From contig CM068770.1 of the NCBI GenBank assembly GCA_035084275.1, positions 558,001 to 622,000 on the forward strand: a DNA stretch of 64,000 nucleotides, given 5' to 3'. This DNA comes from Hydrolagus colliei (Eukaryota). The notes under the pieces were generated by a model, which searched no databases, was not told the DNA's origin, and saw only the letters and a program-made list of their open reading frames with translations. Below are positions 49,380 through 61,400 of the stretch, piece by piece. Every line of letters begins with the position of its first letter. The stretch's first letter is position 1. A program made the translations under genes and the position numbers.

Positions 49380-50200
49380 TGAAAACAGCTGGCAAAGGAT
49401 AATGAAACCAAGAGTTTTATATAAATGATTTGGATGAAGGAATAGAAAGTTTTATATCCAAGTTTGCAGACAACACTAAGATAGGAGGCTCAGTAAGTGG
49501 TGTAGATGGGAGTAGGAAGTTACAAAGGGACTTATAGACAGATTAAGTGAGTGAGTAAACTTGAGTTCAATGTAGGGAAGCACGAGGTCATCCACTATGG
49601 ACCAAACAAAGATAAGGCAGATCATTTCTTAATGGGGAGAAGTTAAGAGATGTGGAGGAGCGAAGAGGTTTGGGGCCATATCCCCAAATCACTGAAAGCT
49701 ACTTCCCAGGTACAAAATATAATCAAAAGGGGGAAATGGAAGGTTCCTTATCTTAGTGCCAGGAAACACTGTGTAAACTTGGATTGTATTGCCTTGAGTT
49801 TACACGTTTGAGGGGTGATTTGATTGAGGTATTTAAGATGATAAAGGGATTTGATAGGGTAGATACAGAGAAGGTATTTCCTCTGGTGGGGAATCTGAAA
49901 CAAGGAGATATAGTCTTAAAATTAGAATCAGTTCATTTAAGTGTGAAATCAGGGGGTTTTCTTTTCACTCAAAAGGTGGTAGAAATCTGGAACTCTCTCC
50001 CCCAAAAGGTTGTGGATTCTGGATCCATTCACACCTTCAAGAGTGAGGTTGAGGGATGTTTGTAGGTCAGGGTATCAAGGGATACGGGGAGAAAGCGGGA
50101 AATAGGAATTGAAAGGATTAGTGGAGGTGCAGATCAGCCATGGTCTAATTAAATAGCGAAACAGGCTTGAAGGGCTGAATTGTCTACACCTGTTCCTATG
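49380..50200 (+). mobile_element. CR1 LINE 3' fragment
   Basis: INDLDEGIESFISKFADNTK-like RT remnant (tatataaatgatttggatgaagg...aagtttgcagacaacactaag), RLRGDLIEVFKMIKGFDRVD, and VVEIWNSLPQKVV. Confidence 0.9.
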
Positions 50201-50204
50201 TGTG

Positions 50205-50510
50205 ACAATGTTGAAACATCTCAAAGTGCTTCACAGAAAGTGGAGTGGCTGTTTGTGTGGGTGAAATGTGGCAGCAAATTGTGCACAGCAGCGTCTCACA
50301 TTGAATGACCAAATTATTCAAATTAATTCATGTGTTTTTTGGAAGGGATTTTTACTCCTGGGAAAGCGATCTGCCGATCGATTAACAACCGGGTTCCTAC
50401 TTACAGTGTCGTGCGGAGTAACAAAACTTGCCCAATGTTTCTCCCCACCCAGGAATCGAACCCGGGTCCTCTTGCTTGCCAAGTCGAGGGCTCTAACCAC
50501 TGACCTACTC
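50205..50510 (-). mobile_element. tRNA-derived SINE beginning ~15 nt after a JAML donor
   Basis: Reverse complement reads gtaggtcagtggttagagccctcg...ggttcgattcctggg, then core. Confidence 0.8.
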
Positions 50511-50525
50511 TAGGAAGTATCTCAC

Positions 50526-51536
50526 CATAGTCATGTAGGTTGCGTTGGTGACCACCACCTTCTCTTGATCCCTGGCTGGCTCCGCTCCTCCGCCAGGACT
50601 CCGCCTCACAGACACATAGACGTTTGTTTCCTGAGGAAACGTATTCAGTTTTAGAATAGAAACGGAAGTCGCCGATGAGATCCCTGAATATTTAACCCCT
50701 AAATGTTTCCTTTTCTCTGCTTTTCCTGCTCCTTTTCCAACATGGAAGGTCATCGACCCTGAAGCGCTGACTCACTGTCCTCTCTGCAGAGATGCTGCCT
50801 GACCTGCTGAGTGTTCCCAGCCACTTCTGTTTGGATTTCGGGTTGGCAGAAATCACCGTTAATTCCCTATTAAACTCTCTCCCAAAGCTCTCAGGGATGG
50901 CTTCTTCTACGCCAACAAAGGCACTTCTGGTGTGATCCAGTGTGAAAGGCTCTACGCATAAACCCAAGTTATTAGAATAATAATCCTTGCATTTGATATA
51001 GCGGCTTTTCACATCTTACCGACGTCTCAAAGCGCTTCATAGAATACACTGTAAAGTGAAGTGACTGTATATTTTGTGGGCGAAACGCGGCAGCCAATTG
51101 CGCACAGCAGCGTCTCCCCCACAAACAGTCGTGGATTACAATGACCAATTTTTTATTATTGTGGGTTTTTGGGGGGAGGGATTATTATTAGGCGCGTGTG
51201 TGTGTGTTTGGGTGAAGGAAAGTTGCCCAATGTTTCGCCCTGACCTGCCTGGATTCGAAACACAGGCCTCACGCTTGTAAGGCGAGTTCTCTTAAAGGAA
51301 CATGAGGAGGCCATTCAGCCCCTTGAGCCTGTTCTGCAATTCTGCGGCCGATCTGTACCTCAACTCCCAACGATCTGCCTTTACCATATCCCCTGACATC
51401 CTGACCTATCAAACATCTCTCCACCTCAGCCTTGTTCTTAAGAACTTCCCCCTCTTTATGTTATTTTATTTTTACCTCAGAGTTTGCGGTTTGGAGTTCA
51501 TTGTTACTCCTGTTACGCCTTATCCCCACATCAGAG

Positions 51537-51568
<32 letters not shown>

Positions 51569-54500
51569 TGGAGAAATGACAAGTTTACAATTAGTTGTGA
51601 AAAAAAACATGGATTTAAAACTTCTACATAAGATTTAGCTGGTGAAAGCTTCCCATCAATGCTCGGCTTCCACCAGCCTGACATCGCTTGGTATATCGTG
51701 AGCCAAACAACAACAACAACACATCAGGTGGACTTCCCCAGGTCTTGGACTATACTGTCTCAGATACACAATTAATAACGATAATCCTTGGTCTTATTAC
51801 AGCGCCCCATCAAGCCTTGGAGACGCCTCAAAGCTCTTCACAGGGTACACTGTTAAAGTGACTGTATTTTGTGGGAGAAACGCAGCAGCCAATTGTGCTC
51901 AGCAGAGTAACCACAAACAGTGACGGATTGAGTGATCAAATGATTATTTTATTGATTGATTAAAAATTTTCTTGAGGGAAATGGGGGTCCGCCAATCGTC
52001 CAGAACGGGACTCCTCACTACTGCGAGTGTGGAGTCAAGGAGACCTGGCCAACATTTCCCCCCCGTGGTCCGGGAATTGAACCCAGGTCCTCTCGCTTGT
52101 GAGGCGAGCGAACTAACCACTGAGCTACAGGATTGCACGTACATCCTCCAAATCTATTACCTACCTTTGTCTCCTCTGCACCCATACAGCCAGGAGGATC
52201 AGGAGAGTCACAGCCCCAAACAATCCCAGCGCTCCCACCACAGAGTACATCAGTGTGGGCTGCCCGACCGATACTGGCAGCCGAACAACAGGCCTCAGCA
52301 TCCTGGATCCTGAGGGAACCACAGACAATTCATTACATTGTTCCTGAGAGAAACTGTGTCTCTAACCCTGGTCTGGGAGTGTGGACGGACAGACGCACAG
52401 TGTAGAGGGAGCTTTACTGTGTCTCTAACCCTGACCTGGGAGGGTAGATGCACAGTGTAGAGGTTCTGTGGTTGGAAGAGGATTCTGGTATAATAATAAT
52501 AATATTCATTGCACTTGGTATAGCGCTTTTCATATCTTCTAGACATCTAAAAGTTCTTCACAGAATGTACTTTAAAGTGAATTGACTGAATATTTGTGGG
52601 TGGAGCAGCCAATTGTTCACAGTAGCGTCCCCGCAAACAGTCGTGGATTGAAACGACCAAATGATTATCGTTTCTTTTCGAAGGGATTATTTCATTGGAA
52701 AAGTGATGTGCCAGTCGATCCGATCAACCAGCTTCCCCCCTGAGTAAACACACAGGCCCGTGGAGTAAGGAAACTTGCCTGGGAATTGAACTTTCTTGCT
52801 AATTGGGTTGTCTAATCACAGAGCTACACGAAGGGAAACCATGTTGATTTCTTCATCACTCCAGACACCCCTTGTCTCTCTGGTGTGTTGCCTACTCTTC
52901 ACTATTAACACCTCTTCTCCCCAGTTCTGTTTAAACCCACCCCACCTTTTGTTTCACTCCGCCATCAATTCTTTAACCCATAGATTAACACATTTTTTCC
53001 TTTGTCTTCTTCTTCTATCTTCTTTGTCTCTTTTGTCTTCCTTGTCCTGCCTCTCCGCCCCCCCATCCCTCCCCCCCCACCCCCACCCACCCGGCTCTAA
53101 CTTGTCCATAAAAACCATCTCCCTCCCAACAAGCCCCGGTTCTGACGAAGGGTCGTGGACCCCCAAAAACGTTGACTCGATCTTCCCCTCTCCATAGATG
53201 CTGCCTGACCTGCTGAGTCGAACCAGTTTTTGGTTTCAGATTTCCACCATCTGCAGTACTGTATTTTGGTGGTTCGATCCCTTCGTTACCTGCACACAGG
53301 ACGCGGATTTCCATTTGCTCTCTGAGGATGGCGTGATGGGTCCTGGGCGTCCGCACCTCGCAGGTGTAGAAGCCGGTGTCTCGGCATTTCGCGGCTGTCA
53401 GGAGGATGGAGCAGTTGTTATGCCGGACGTTGCCGACCCAGCGCAGTCTGTCCGTGAAGGTCGTGTTCTGAACGACCACCGACATGTTACTGTAATAGTA
53501 CAGGATCTGACGGCAAAGGGACAGGATATCACCCCACAAGAAAGGTTAGAGTTCGAGCCGTTCCAACGACAAGCACAAGTATCCAGCTTCGAGACACAGT
53601 AACGCTCCGTGTGTCCGTCCACACTCCCAGGTCAGGGTTAGAGACACAATAAAGCTCCCTCTACACTGTGTGTCCACACTCCCCAGGTCAGGGTCAGAGA
53701 CACAGTAAAGCTCCCTCTACACTGTGTGTCTGTCCACTCTCCCAGGTCAGGGTTAGAGACACAATAAAGCTCCCTCTACACTGTGTGTCCACACTCCCCA
53801 GGTCAGGGTCAGAGACACAGTAAAGCTCCCTCTACACTGTGTGTCTGTCCACTCTCCCAGGTCAGGGTTAGAGACACAGTAAAGCTCCCTCTACACTGTG
53901 TGTCCACACTCCCAGGTCAGGGTTAGAGACACAGTAAAGCTCCCTCTACACTGTGTGTCTGTCCACACTCCCAGGTCAGGGTTAGAGACACAGTAAAGCT
54001 CCCTCTACATGGGATCACCTGGAGCTTGGACCCAATCGTAGACCCTGGTGGTCGACACACACAGTCACACGTCCTCACTCGGTGCCTGTGGTTACAGTGA
54101 GGACCACCCCACCCCCACCCCACCCCCCCCCTCCCCCCCCCAGGCCTCGTTACCTCCCGTTGGTTCTCTGTGTGGCCGGGATGCGGGGAGTGGTACCAGT
54201 CGACCTTCACATGCTCTCGGCTGGTGTTCAGATGCAGTTGGAGGTCACACAGCAGTAAAGCCGGATCCCCCTCCCTCACGCCCTCCGGGGGCCACAACCG
54301 GAGCGCCAGGAGCCAGCGCCCAGCTACAGCCAACACAGGGTTAACGTTAGAATAATAATAATAATAATAATCCTTGCATTCGATAGAGCGCCTTATCACG
54401 TCTTCTGGACGTCTCAAAGCGCTTCACAGGTTATGCTGTAAAGTGAATTGACTGTATATTTGTGGGCGAAACGCGGCAGCCGATTCCCCCCCCCCCCCGT

Positions 54501-55248
54501 TCCCCCCCGTGTTTTGAAATGACCAAATTAGTATATTTTTTGGAAGGATTATTATTATTAGTAGGCGTGTGGCGTCAGGAAGCTCAGCCGAGGTTCCACT
54601 CTGCCTTCAAAGCGCTCTGAGACGCCGTCCGGGGTGGAGGGCGCGATATGAATCGAAGTTGTCATCGTCGTTGGAATTGAACCCGGGTCTCTCGCGTGCA
54701 ATGTGAGCGCGGCTACTCGATCCACCGCTGTTTGCAAAAAAAACATTTAAAAAAAAAATGAAACAAATGACAATTTGGTCACCCAAACCACGATTGCCTG
54801 CGAGACGCCGCTGAGCTCAATCGGCTGCCGCGTTCTGCCCAAAATACATACACGGTCACCACACTTTACATTGTACATAGAACACTTTGAGACGTCGCAA
54901 ACACACTCGTTATCCAAATGCCGGGATTATCGCTGCTGTTGTTAAAAAGGGAAGCGTTTACGTGGCAGGGAAGGTGGGGAGCGCTGTGTGTGGGGTGGGG
55001 GACGGACGCGGGCTTTGGGTGAGTGTGTGGGGGTGTGTGTGTGTGTGTGAGGGGGGGGTGTGTGTGTGTGTGTGGAGGTGGGGTGGGAGGGAGAGGTGTT
55101 GGGGGGGAGCGCTGGCTGGCTCATTACACAATCCTGAGACCCACGAACATTTGACTAGTTACCATCACTTCACGTCTCCCAGGCTTGTACGTTACTTACC
55201 CCCGAGGAGGAGGAGGAGAGAGGAGAGGGGCAGAGTGCGGCGGGCCAT
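50526..55248 (-). CDS. JAML: Junctional adhesion molecule-like (JAML/AMICA1) orthologue with a single Ig-V domain; exons 55248-55200, 54323-54154, 53506-53290, 52309-52165, 51518-51476, 50630-50526 (terminal exon uncertain)
   Basis: Phases are consistent (1,0,1,2,0,0) over 729 nt. Features: signal peptide [16 protein letters not shown]; Ig-V with [18 protein letters not shown] (human JAML D1 has VLYYYSNLSV) and DTGFYTCEV; [25 protein letters not shown]; tail ending TNATYMTM (human ATYMTM). It lies between SCN2B and MPZL3 on the same strand, as in mammals. Confidence 0.85.
50975..51290 (-). mobile_element. tRNA-derived SINE
   Basis: Core, tail and most of the head in reverse complement. Confidence 0.88.
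51772..52135 (-). mobile_element. tRNA-derived SINE
   Basis: Reverse complement of cctgtagctcagtggttag...ggttcaattcccgg head plus core. Confidence 0.8.
52975..53270 (+). mobile_element. Penelope-like element terminal repeat with a degenerate hammerhead motif
   Basis: ctgacgaagggtcgtggacccccaaaaacgttgactc...gatgctgcctgacctgctgagt...tttcagatttccaccatctgcag. Confidence 0.65.
53591..54009 (+). repeat. Tandem array of a 50-59-bp unit (gagacacagtaaagctccctctacactgtgtgtc(tgtc)cacactcccaggtcagggtta), about 7.5 copies
   Basis: Unit starts at 53591, 53641, 53697, 53756, 53812, 53871, 53926 and 53985. Confidence 0.95.
54350..54720 (-). mobile_element. tRNA-derived SINE, followed by an oppositely oriented partial copy (about 54770-54930)
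   Basis: (att)n tail, core and ggttcaattcc head in reverse complement. Confidence 0.8.
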
Positions 55249-55539
55249 CCCGAGCACACACCGGGGGGTTACAGTACGCAAGGTTCCCCCCGTTAAAGCC
55301 CCCTCCCCACCGGCTCTCACTGAACACGCTGTGTAACTAACACCAAACCAACAGCTTCCCGGCAATAGACAAACAGGTCACCTCCCCCTCACAGTCACTA
55401 GAATAACTGCCAGCTTCCGTTTGGCTCAGACACATCTACTGTATAACCACACACACTCACCACCACTTCAGTACATCCACCACCACAACAACAACTTTAG
55501 TTTCCCTCCCCTCCCTCCTTCCCTCGCTCCCTCCCTCCC

Positions 55540-56330
55540 TCTCCCCCTCCACGACGGGCGGCGTCTCGGAGCGCTTCACAATGGCAGAGCCCAAGGCCGA
55601 GCCAGGAGGAGAGGGGGGGGAAGTTGACCGTAAGCGTAATTGGTCGAAGAGAAAGAAAGGCATGACCTGAAGATGGGGAGGGAGGGAGGGAGGGAGATGA
55701 AGAGGTTGAGGGAGGGAGTTCCAGAGTTGCGGGGTGTAATGGCTGAAGGCGTGGCAGCTGATGGTGGAGAGGAGGAGGCCAGACCCAGTAGAGCAGAGGC
55801 AGCGAGTGGTGGTGTGAGGAAAGAGGAGGTTAGAGAGATGAGGAGGGGGTGGGGTTGCAGAGGAGCGGAGGGATTGAAACGCAACAGTGAGGATCTTGAA
55901 GTTGATCCTCTCTGTGAAGTTTGGTGCGGGTGAGAATGCGGGTGAGCTGGGCTTTCTGAATGGTAGCGGAGGGGAGACAGGCGAGGAGGGAGTTGGAGTA
56001 GTCCAGCCGAGAGGTGACGAAGGCAATGGACCAGGGTTTCGCCAGCTGTTGGGGGGTGAGGTATTGACGGAGACGGGCCACGTGGCAGTGATGGAAGACA
56101 GCGATGCTGGTGGACGTGGGGGAGGGAGGATAACTGGGGAATCAAACCTGATGCCTAAGGCGAGGAGGTCGGGTAGGTTGAGGAGGTTTGGAACCATTGT
56201 ACAGAACATGTTGACAGGAGCCAAAGAGTGTGGGTTCCATCTTGTTGGGTTTAACTGCAGGAAGTTTGCTCATCCAGCTCTTGAGGTCTGACAGACAGGT
56301 GTCTGCCAGCGATGGGCAGAGGAAGTGGGA
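55540..56330 (-). mobile_element. L2 LINE 3' region
   Basis: ARLRQYLTPQQLAKPWSIAFVTSRLDYSNSLL, ERINFKILTVAFQSL, AFSHYTPQLWNSLPQ. Confidence 0.88.
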
Positions 56331-58179
56331 GTTGGGTGGGGAGGAGAGGTGACGGGTTGGTCAAGGCAGCTGGTTTGTGGTGGAAGGTTCTGGGTGTATT
56401 AGTCAGCAGTGAACAGCACATGTTAACGGTTAAATAACAAAAGTTTATTGCTTGGTAATCGGGATAGTGAACTAAGTAAGGACACAAACAAAATGCATCA
56501 AGGTGAACAAACTTGTACTCTAAAATTGGTAACCAACTTATCTACTCCGCACATGCCTACCTCTCCGTAGAAGGCCATTATACAAGTGTAATTATGTTGT
56601 TGTTGTATGGATGGATGTGTGAGTGTATGAATACACTACTGGGTTCTGGATGTCTTGTCAAGAAGCAGCACCTCAAAGTCTAGTTTCTGTCCATTGCTAG
56701 ATCTCCTTAACTCTCTGCTCTGCCCCACTTGCCTTTTACTCAACTTTTCGACGTCTCTCTCTCTCTCTCTCTCTCAGTCTCAGTCTCAGTCAGGTTGTGT
56801 GTTTTGGGTTCGTTGGTTGAGTTGATAGTCTGCTTGCTGGTTGATCTAGACTTCTCTCTTTCTCTCTCTCACTTTTGCCACTTAACCCTTCAGTGCTATT
56901 GTCCAGGCTACAGTCCCGGCCGATCGCACAACAGCTGGACTCTCTCTAAGCAGCACAACTCTTTGATAAGTCTTGACTTGTAGTCTTGACCACACGACCC
57001 CCAAATAACCAGGCCTGTCCTCTTCTGATCGTTGGCTCACTGCCCCCACTGTCTTCCTGTTAGCCTGACCTCTAACTCTCCGGCTCGTTCTCTTTCGTTC
57101 TCTCGATTGTTGAAGTGACTATGGTGGGTGGTGGAGAACTGGGTTTTTGGCCTCCAGAATGATGTTGGAGTAGGGCAGGATTTGAACTTGTGGCAAGGAA
57201 CTGTGAAGATGCTTCCACTGCTCGAGCAGCCGGGTATGAGATCGGAGGCAGAGGAGATGGTTCACTGTACTAGGGGGATCGGGTGGGTTTGGTTTGGAGA
57301 GCGTCCTGGATTTCAGGGGGACGAGTGAGTTGAAGGTGGAGGAGAGGCGATCATGGAGCTTGTCGCACTCACACCCACACACACCTTACACTTACACACA
57401 CTCACACTGACACACACTGACACCGACACACTCACACCTGCACACCAACACACACACCAACACACACACCAACACACACACCTTACACGTACACACACCC
57501 ACACCAACACACACTCACACTGACACTCAGTCAGGCAAACCCCGACATGCACACCACAATTTGAAGCCACATTTAAATTAAGCCACTTTTGTTCAGCTAG
57601 CTTGCGATATTTGAGATAAACCCAACGCATTGAAACACGTCAGAACATTCTTGTGAAGTTGGTGAAGAGCATTTCTCACTGTATCATCGTATCTTTTTTT
57701 TAAAAATCTTATGTTCGCCACTCGCACAGAGAAATGGGGAGAGAGCAAATGAGAGAGAGAGAGAGATGGGAAGCGGAAATAAGAGAGACAGACAAGAGAA
57801 CAAGAGAGGAAATCCGAGAGACAGAGAGAGAGAAAGTGTGTGAGAGAGAAACCGAGAGGGTGCGAAAGAGGGAGTGAGCGAATGAGTGAGTGAGCGAATG
57901 AGAGAGAGAAAGAGAGAAAAACAGGGTCATTCAAATTTTACGGTAAATATACAATGTGTGGGAGAGCGACTGCTGAGATGTGTTACTCAGAGTAAACCCC
58001 AGTTTGCTGTACAAATAGTCAAAAGTAATTCCCTAAAAAATAATAATAAAAATGATAATAATAATAATGTAGTCGAGACATCGCCCAAATGTTTTGTAAC
58101 ACGGTCCTTCCCCCCCCACCCCCCCATTCATTCCCCCCAGCCCCCCAGCCCCCCCCCCACCCCCCCCCCCACCACCACA

Positions 58180-58336
58180 TTAGTTTTCTGTCGGTGACGG
58201 TGACTCCGGGCAATAACGGTGGAAATCTTCATCGTCGTCGTCGTCATCGTCAGAATACTGGAGGGAAACCACAACAACAACAAAGTTACGTTTAGAGGGG
58301 CGCCTGTCACATCGGGAGGACGTCCCAAGGCGCTGA

Positions 58337-58378
<42 letters not shown>

Positions 58379-58429
58379 TACACACACACACACACACACA
58401 CGTGCGTGGGGCCGGAGATGAAGACACTA

Positions 58430-58461
<32 letters not shown>

Positions 58462-61400
58462 CTCGGAGTGGGGGTGGGGGGTTCACAGTTCAATGAGCAC
58501 AGAGAGAGAGGGGTGAGGGGTGGGAGATGACAGGGAGGGACTGGAGTCCTTTGGGGTGGGGGGGGGGGGAGAGGCTTCAGACTGAGACTGCAGCTGGGGG
58601 AGGGAGACTAGACAGTAACCCTCGCTCACTCCCCGCCTGCACCTGCTTCGAGGGGAGGTGACGGGTCGCACGGCTGGTGAGAGAGAACGGAGCGTCTGTC
58701 CGTCTGTCTACATGTCTGTCTGTCTGTCTGTGGTCGGTCGGTCTGTGTGTCTTTATGTGTGTGTGTGTGTGTGTGTGTGTGACCCCCCCCCCCCTGATCC
58801 TCGCTCCTACCTCCAGACAGGCTGCACATCGCACACGCATCCTCTGGCATCGTCCTCCACGCTCCCCGACACCCCCTCCGTCTCCGTCTCCGTCTCCAAC
58901 ATCGATCACCACCCTGAACACAACGGCAAAGACTGGTAACCAGCAAAACACCAACCCCTACACGCACACACTCCCCGCACAGACACACACGATGTCCCCC
59001 CACAGACACACACACACACTCCCCCACTCACACATACCCCCCCCCCCACACAGAGTCTACCCCCTCCAACCATCCAACTCACCCAGCTGACACTCTCCCC
59101 CACACTCTCCAAGTCACACACTATCCCCCCCCACACACTCTCCCCCCCCACTACTCACACACATCCCCAAGACACACACACTCTTCCCCCACTACACACA
59201 CCCCACATCCCCTTCACACACACAGCCACACATCCCCCCACCACCGCCACTCCCCACACACACACACAGACAGATGACACAAAGCTGGAAGAAATATTAA
59301 ATGAGGTATAGTAGCCGACTGCAAGAGGACATAACCAGAATAGTAAAATGGGCAGACACATGGCAGATGAAGTTTAATGTGGAGAAATTGGAGGTGATGC
59401 ATTTTTGGAAGGAAGAATGAGCAGAAGCAATATAAACTGATGGTAGAATCTTAAAGTGGGAAGGAACAGAGAGACCTGGGTGTTCATATATATATGTATA
59501 AATATTTGAAGGTGGCAGGACAGGTAGCTAAAACTGTTAAAAAAAAAGCCTACGAGATACTCGGCTTTATATTGGGTAGAGACCAAAAATCAGGAAGTAT
59601 GATGAACCTTTATATAAAACCCTGGTTAGATCTCAGTTGGAGATGTTCAGTTCTGGGCACCACACTTTAGGAAGGATCTCAAAGTACCAGGAATGAGGGA
59701 CCAAGGTGCAGAGATTTCCCAGGAATGGTACCAGGAATGAGGGACTTCAGTCATCATCATCAGGAGAGGCCAGAGAGAAGCTAGGATTATTCTCCCGGGA
59801 GCAGAGAAGGTTCAGAAGAGATTTCAATGGAAGTTTTCAAAGCGATCAGGCGATTCGATCGGGTGAACAAGGAGGAACTGTTTCCACTGGGTTGGTCACC
59901 CGAGCGATTTAAAATAGTCGATAAAAGAAACTGAGGGGAGGCGAGGAGACATTTTTTTTCCACACAGCGAGTTGTTGGGATCTGAAACGCGTTGCCTGAG
60001 AGGAGGGTGAAAGCCGATTCGATGACAACTTTTAAGAGAGAAGCAGAGAGTTATTGGGGAGGTCGGTCGGGTTTGCAGGGCTATGGGGAGAGAGAGCGAG
60101 GGAGTGGGGTTGATTTGGACAGCTCTTTTCAAAGAGCCGACACAGAGATGATGGACAGAGAATGGCCTCCGTCTGTGCTGTATAATTCTATGAACCCACC
60201 ACCACACACACACACACACACACACACAGACCCACGCACCCCCCTTCCCGTACTGACCCCTCGGGGACACCGATGCCCGGGCCCTTGTCGGGGGGCCGGG
60301 AGCCAAGGACCCCGGAGACCTTCCCCGTCCACAGCAACAGCGTCATCACGGTAACCAGAGACGGCAACAACACCAGCAGCGACAGGAACACTCTTGCCTT
60401 CATCCTGTACAGTTTAGCTGCGGTGGGTGGGGGGGGGGCGGGGGGGGAGAGAGAGTGTGAGAGACAGAGTGAGGGTGGGGGGAGAGGGACAATAACAAAA
60501 TTACTTGTGTGAAGCGGTTTTCACGTCAGGCGAACGTCCCGAGCCACTGGCTGTGTGTTGGACCCGAGCTGGGGTCAGGATCAGGGGGTGGGGGGCAGGG
60601 GGTGGGGGTGTAAAGTAGGGTAAGACCAATGGTACAGCCAATTGCGCACAGCACAGCGCTCCCCACAAACACTCGCGGAGGTTGGTCAGAACTGGACCGA
60701 TGGACGATTGGGTTTGATGGGAAGAGGGATGGAAGGGAGAGGGAGGTGGGTTGATGGAGTGGGTGGGGAGAGTTTGGGTGAGGGGTGGGGGGGGGGGGGC
60801 TGGGACTCTTACCTCTCTTGGTGACGGAGAGCACGGTGCGGCGGGAAGGGGCCAGGGTGTCGGGGGGGTTACGGACGGAGCAGGAGAATGTCCCGTTATC
60901 TGCGAGGGTCAGGTTCCTCACAACTATGGAGGCGTTTCCCCGACTCACGTCACCGATCCACACAACCCTGTCCTTCAGTGGGCTCTGAGAGGCCGGGTAC
61001 ACGCCAGCCTGGTAATACAGTATCTGTGAGAGGAGAGTAGGGGGGGGCAGGGGGGGGGCAGGGGGTGGGGAGAGAGAGAGGAGGGAGGGAGGGAGGGGAG
61101 GGAGGAGGGAGGGAGGGGGAGAGATAGATGGAGGGAAAGAAAGAATAAATCTTGGGTCATTTGAGGGCATAAAAGTTGACTGTCTGCCCCACACACACTC
61201 AGCCAGCCTCATGCACACTCAGCCAATTCACACTCAGCCCCCCCCTCCCCCCCCCCCCCCCGCTCACACTCAGCTCCCCTCACAATCAGTCCCTCACACC
61301 ACCACAACACAATGACACGTGTGTAACACCTGTCACATCAGCACATCCGCTCAGCGCCTCTTCGCACACACACGCCCCCCACCCCCCCCTCAAACACACC

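Noticed and set aside
53591-54009. CRISPR-like regularly spaced repeats
   Set aside because: The units are contiguous with no unique spacers, the context is vertebrate, and there are no cas genes.
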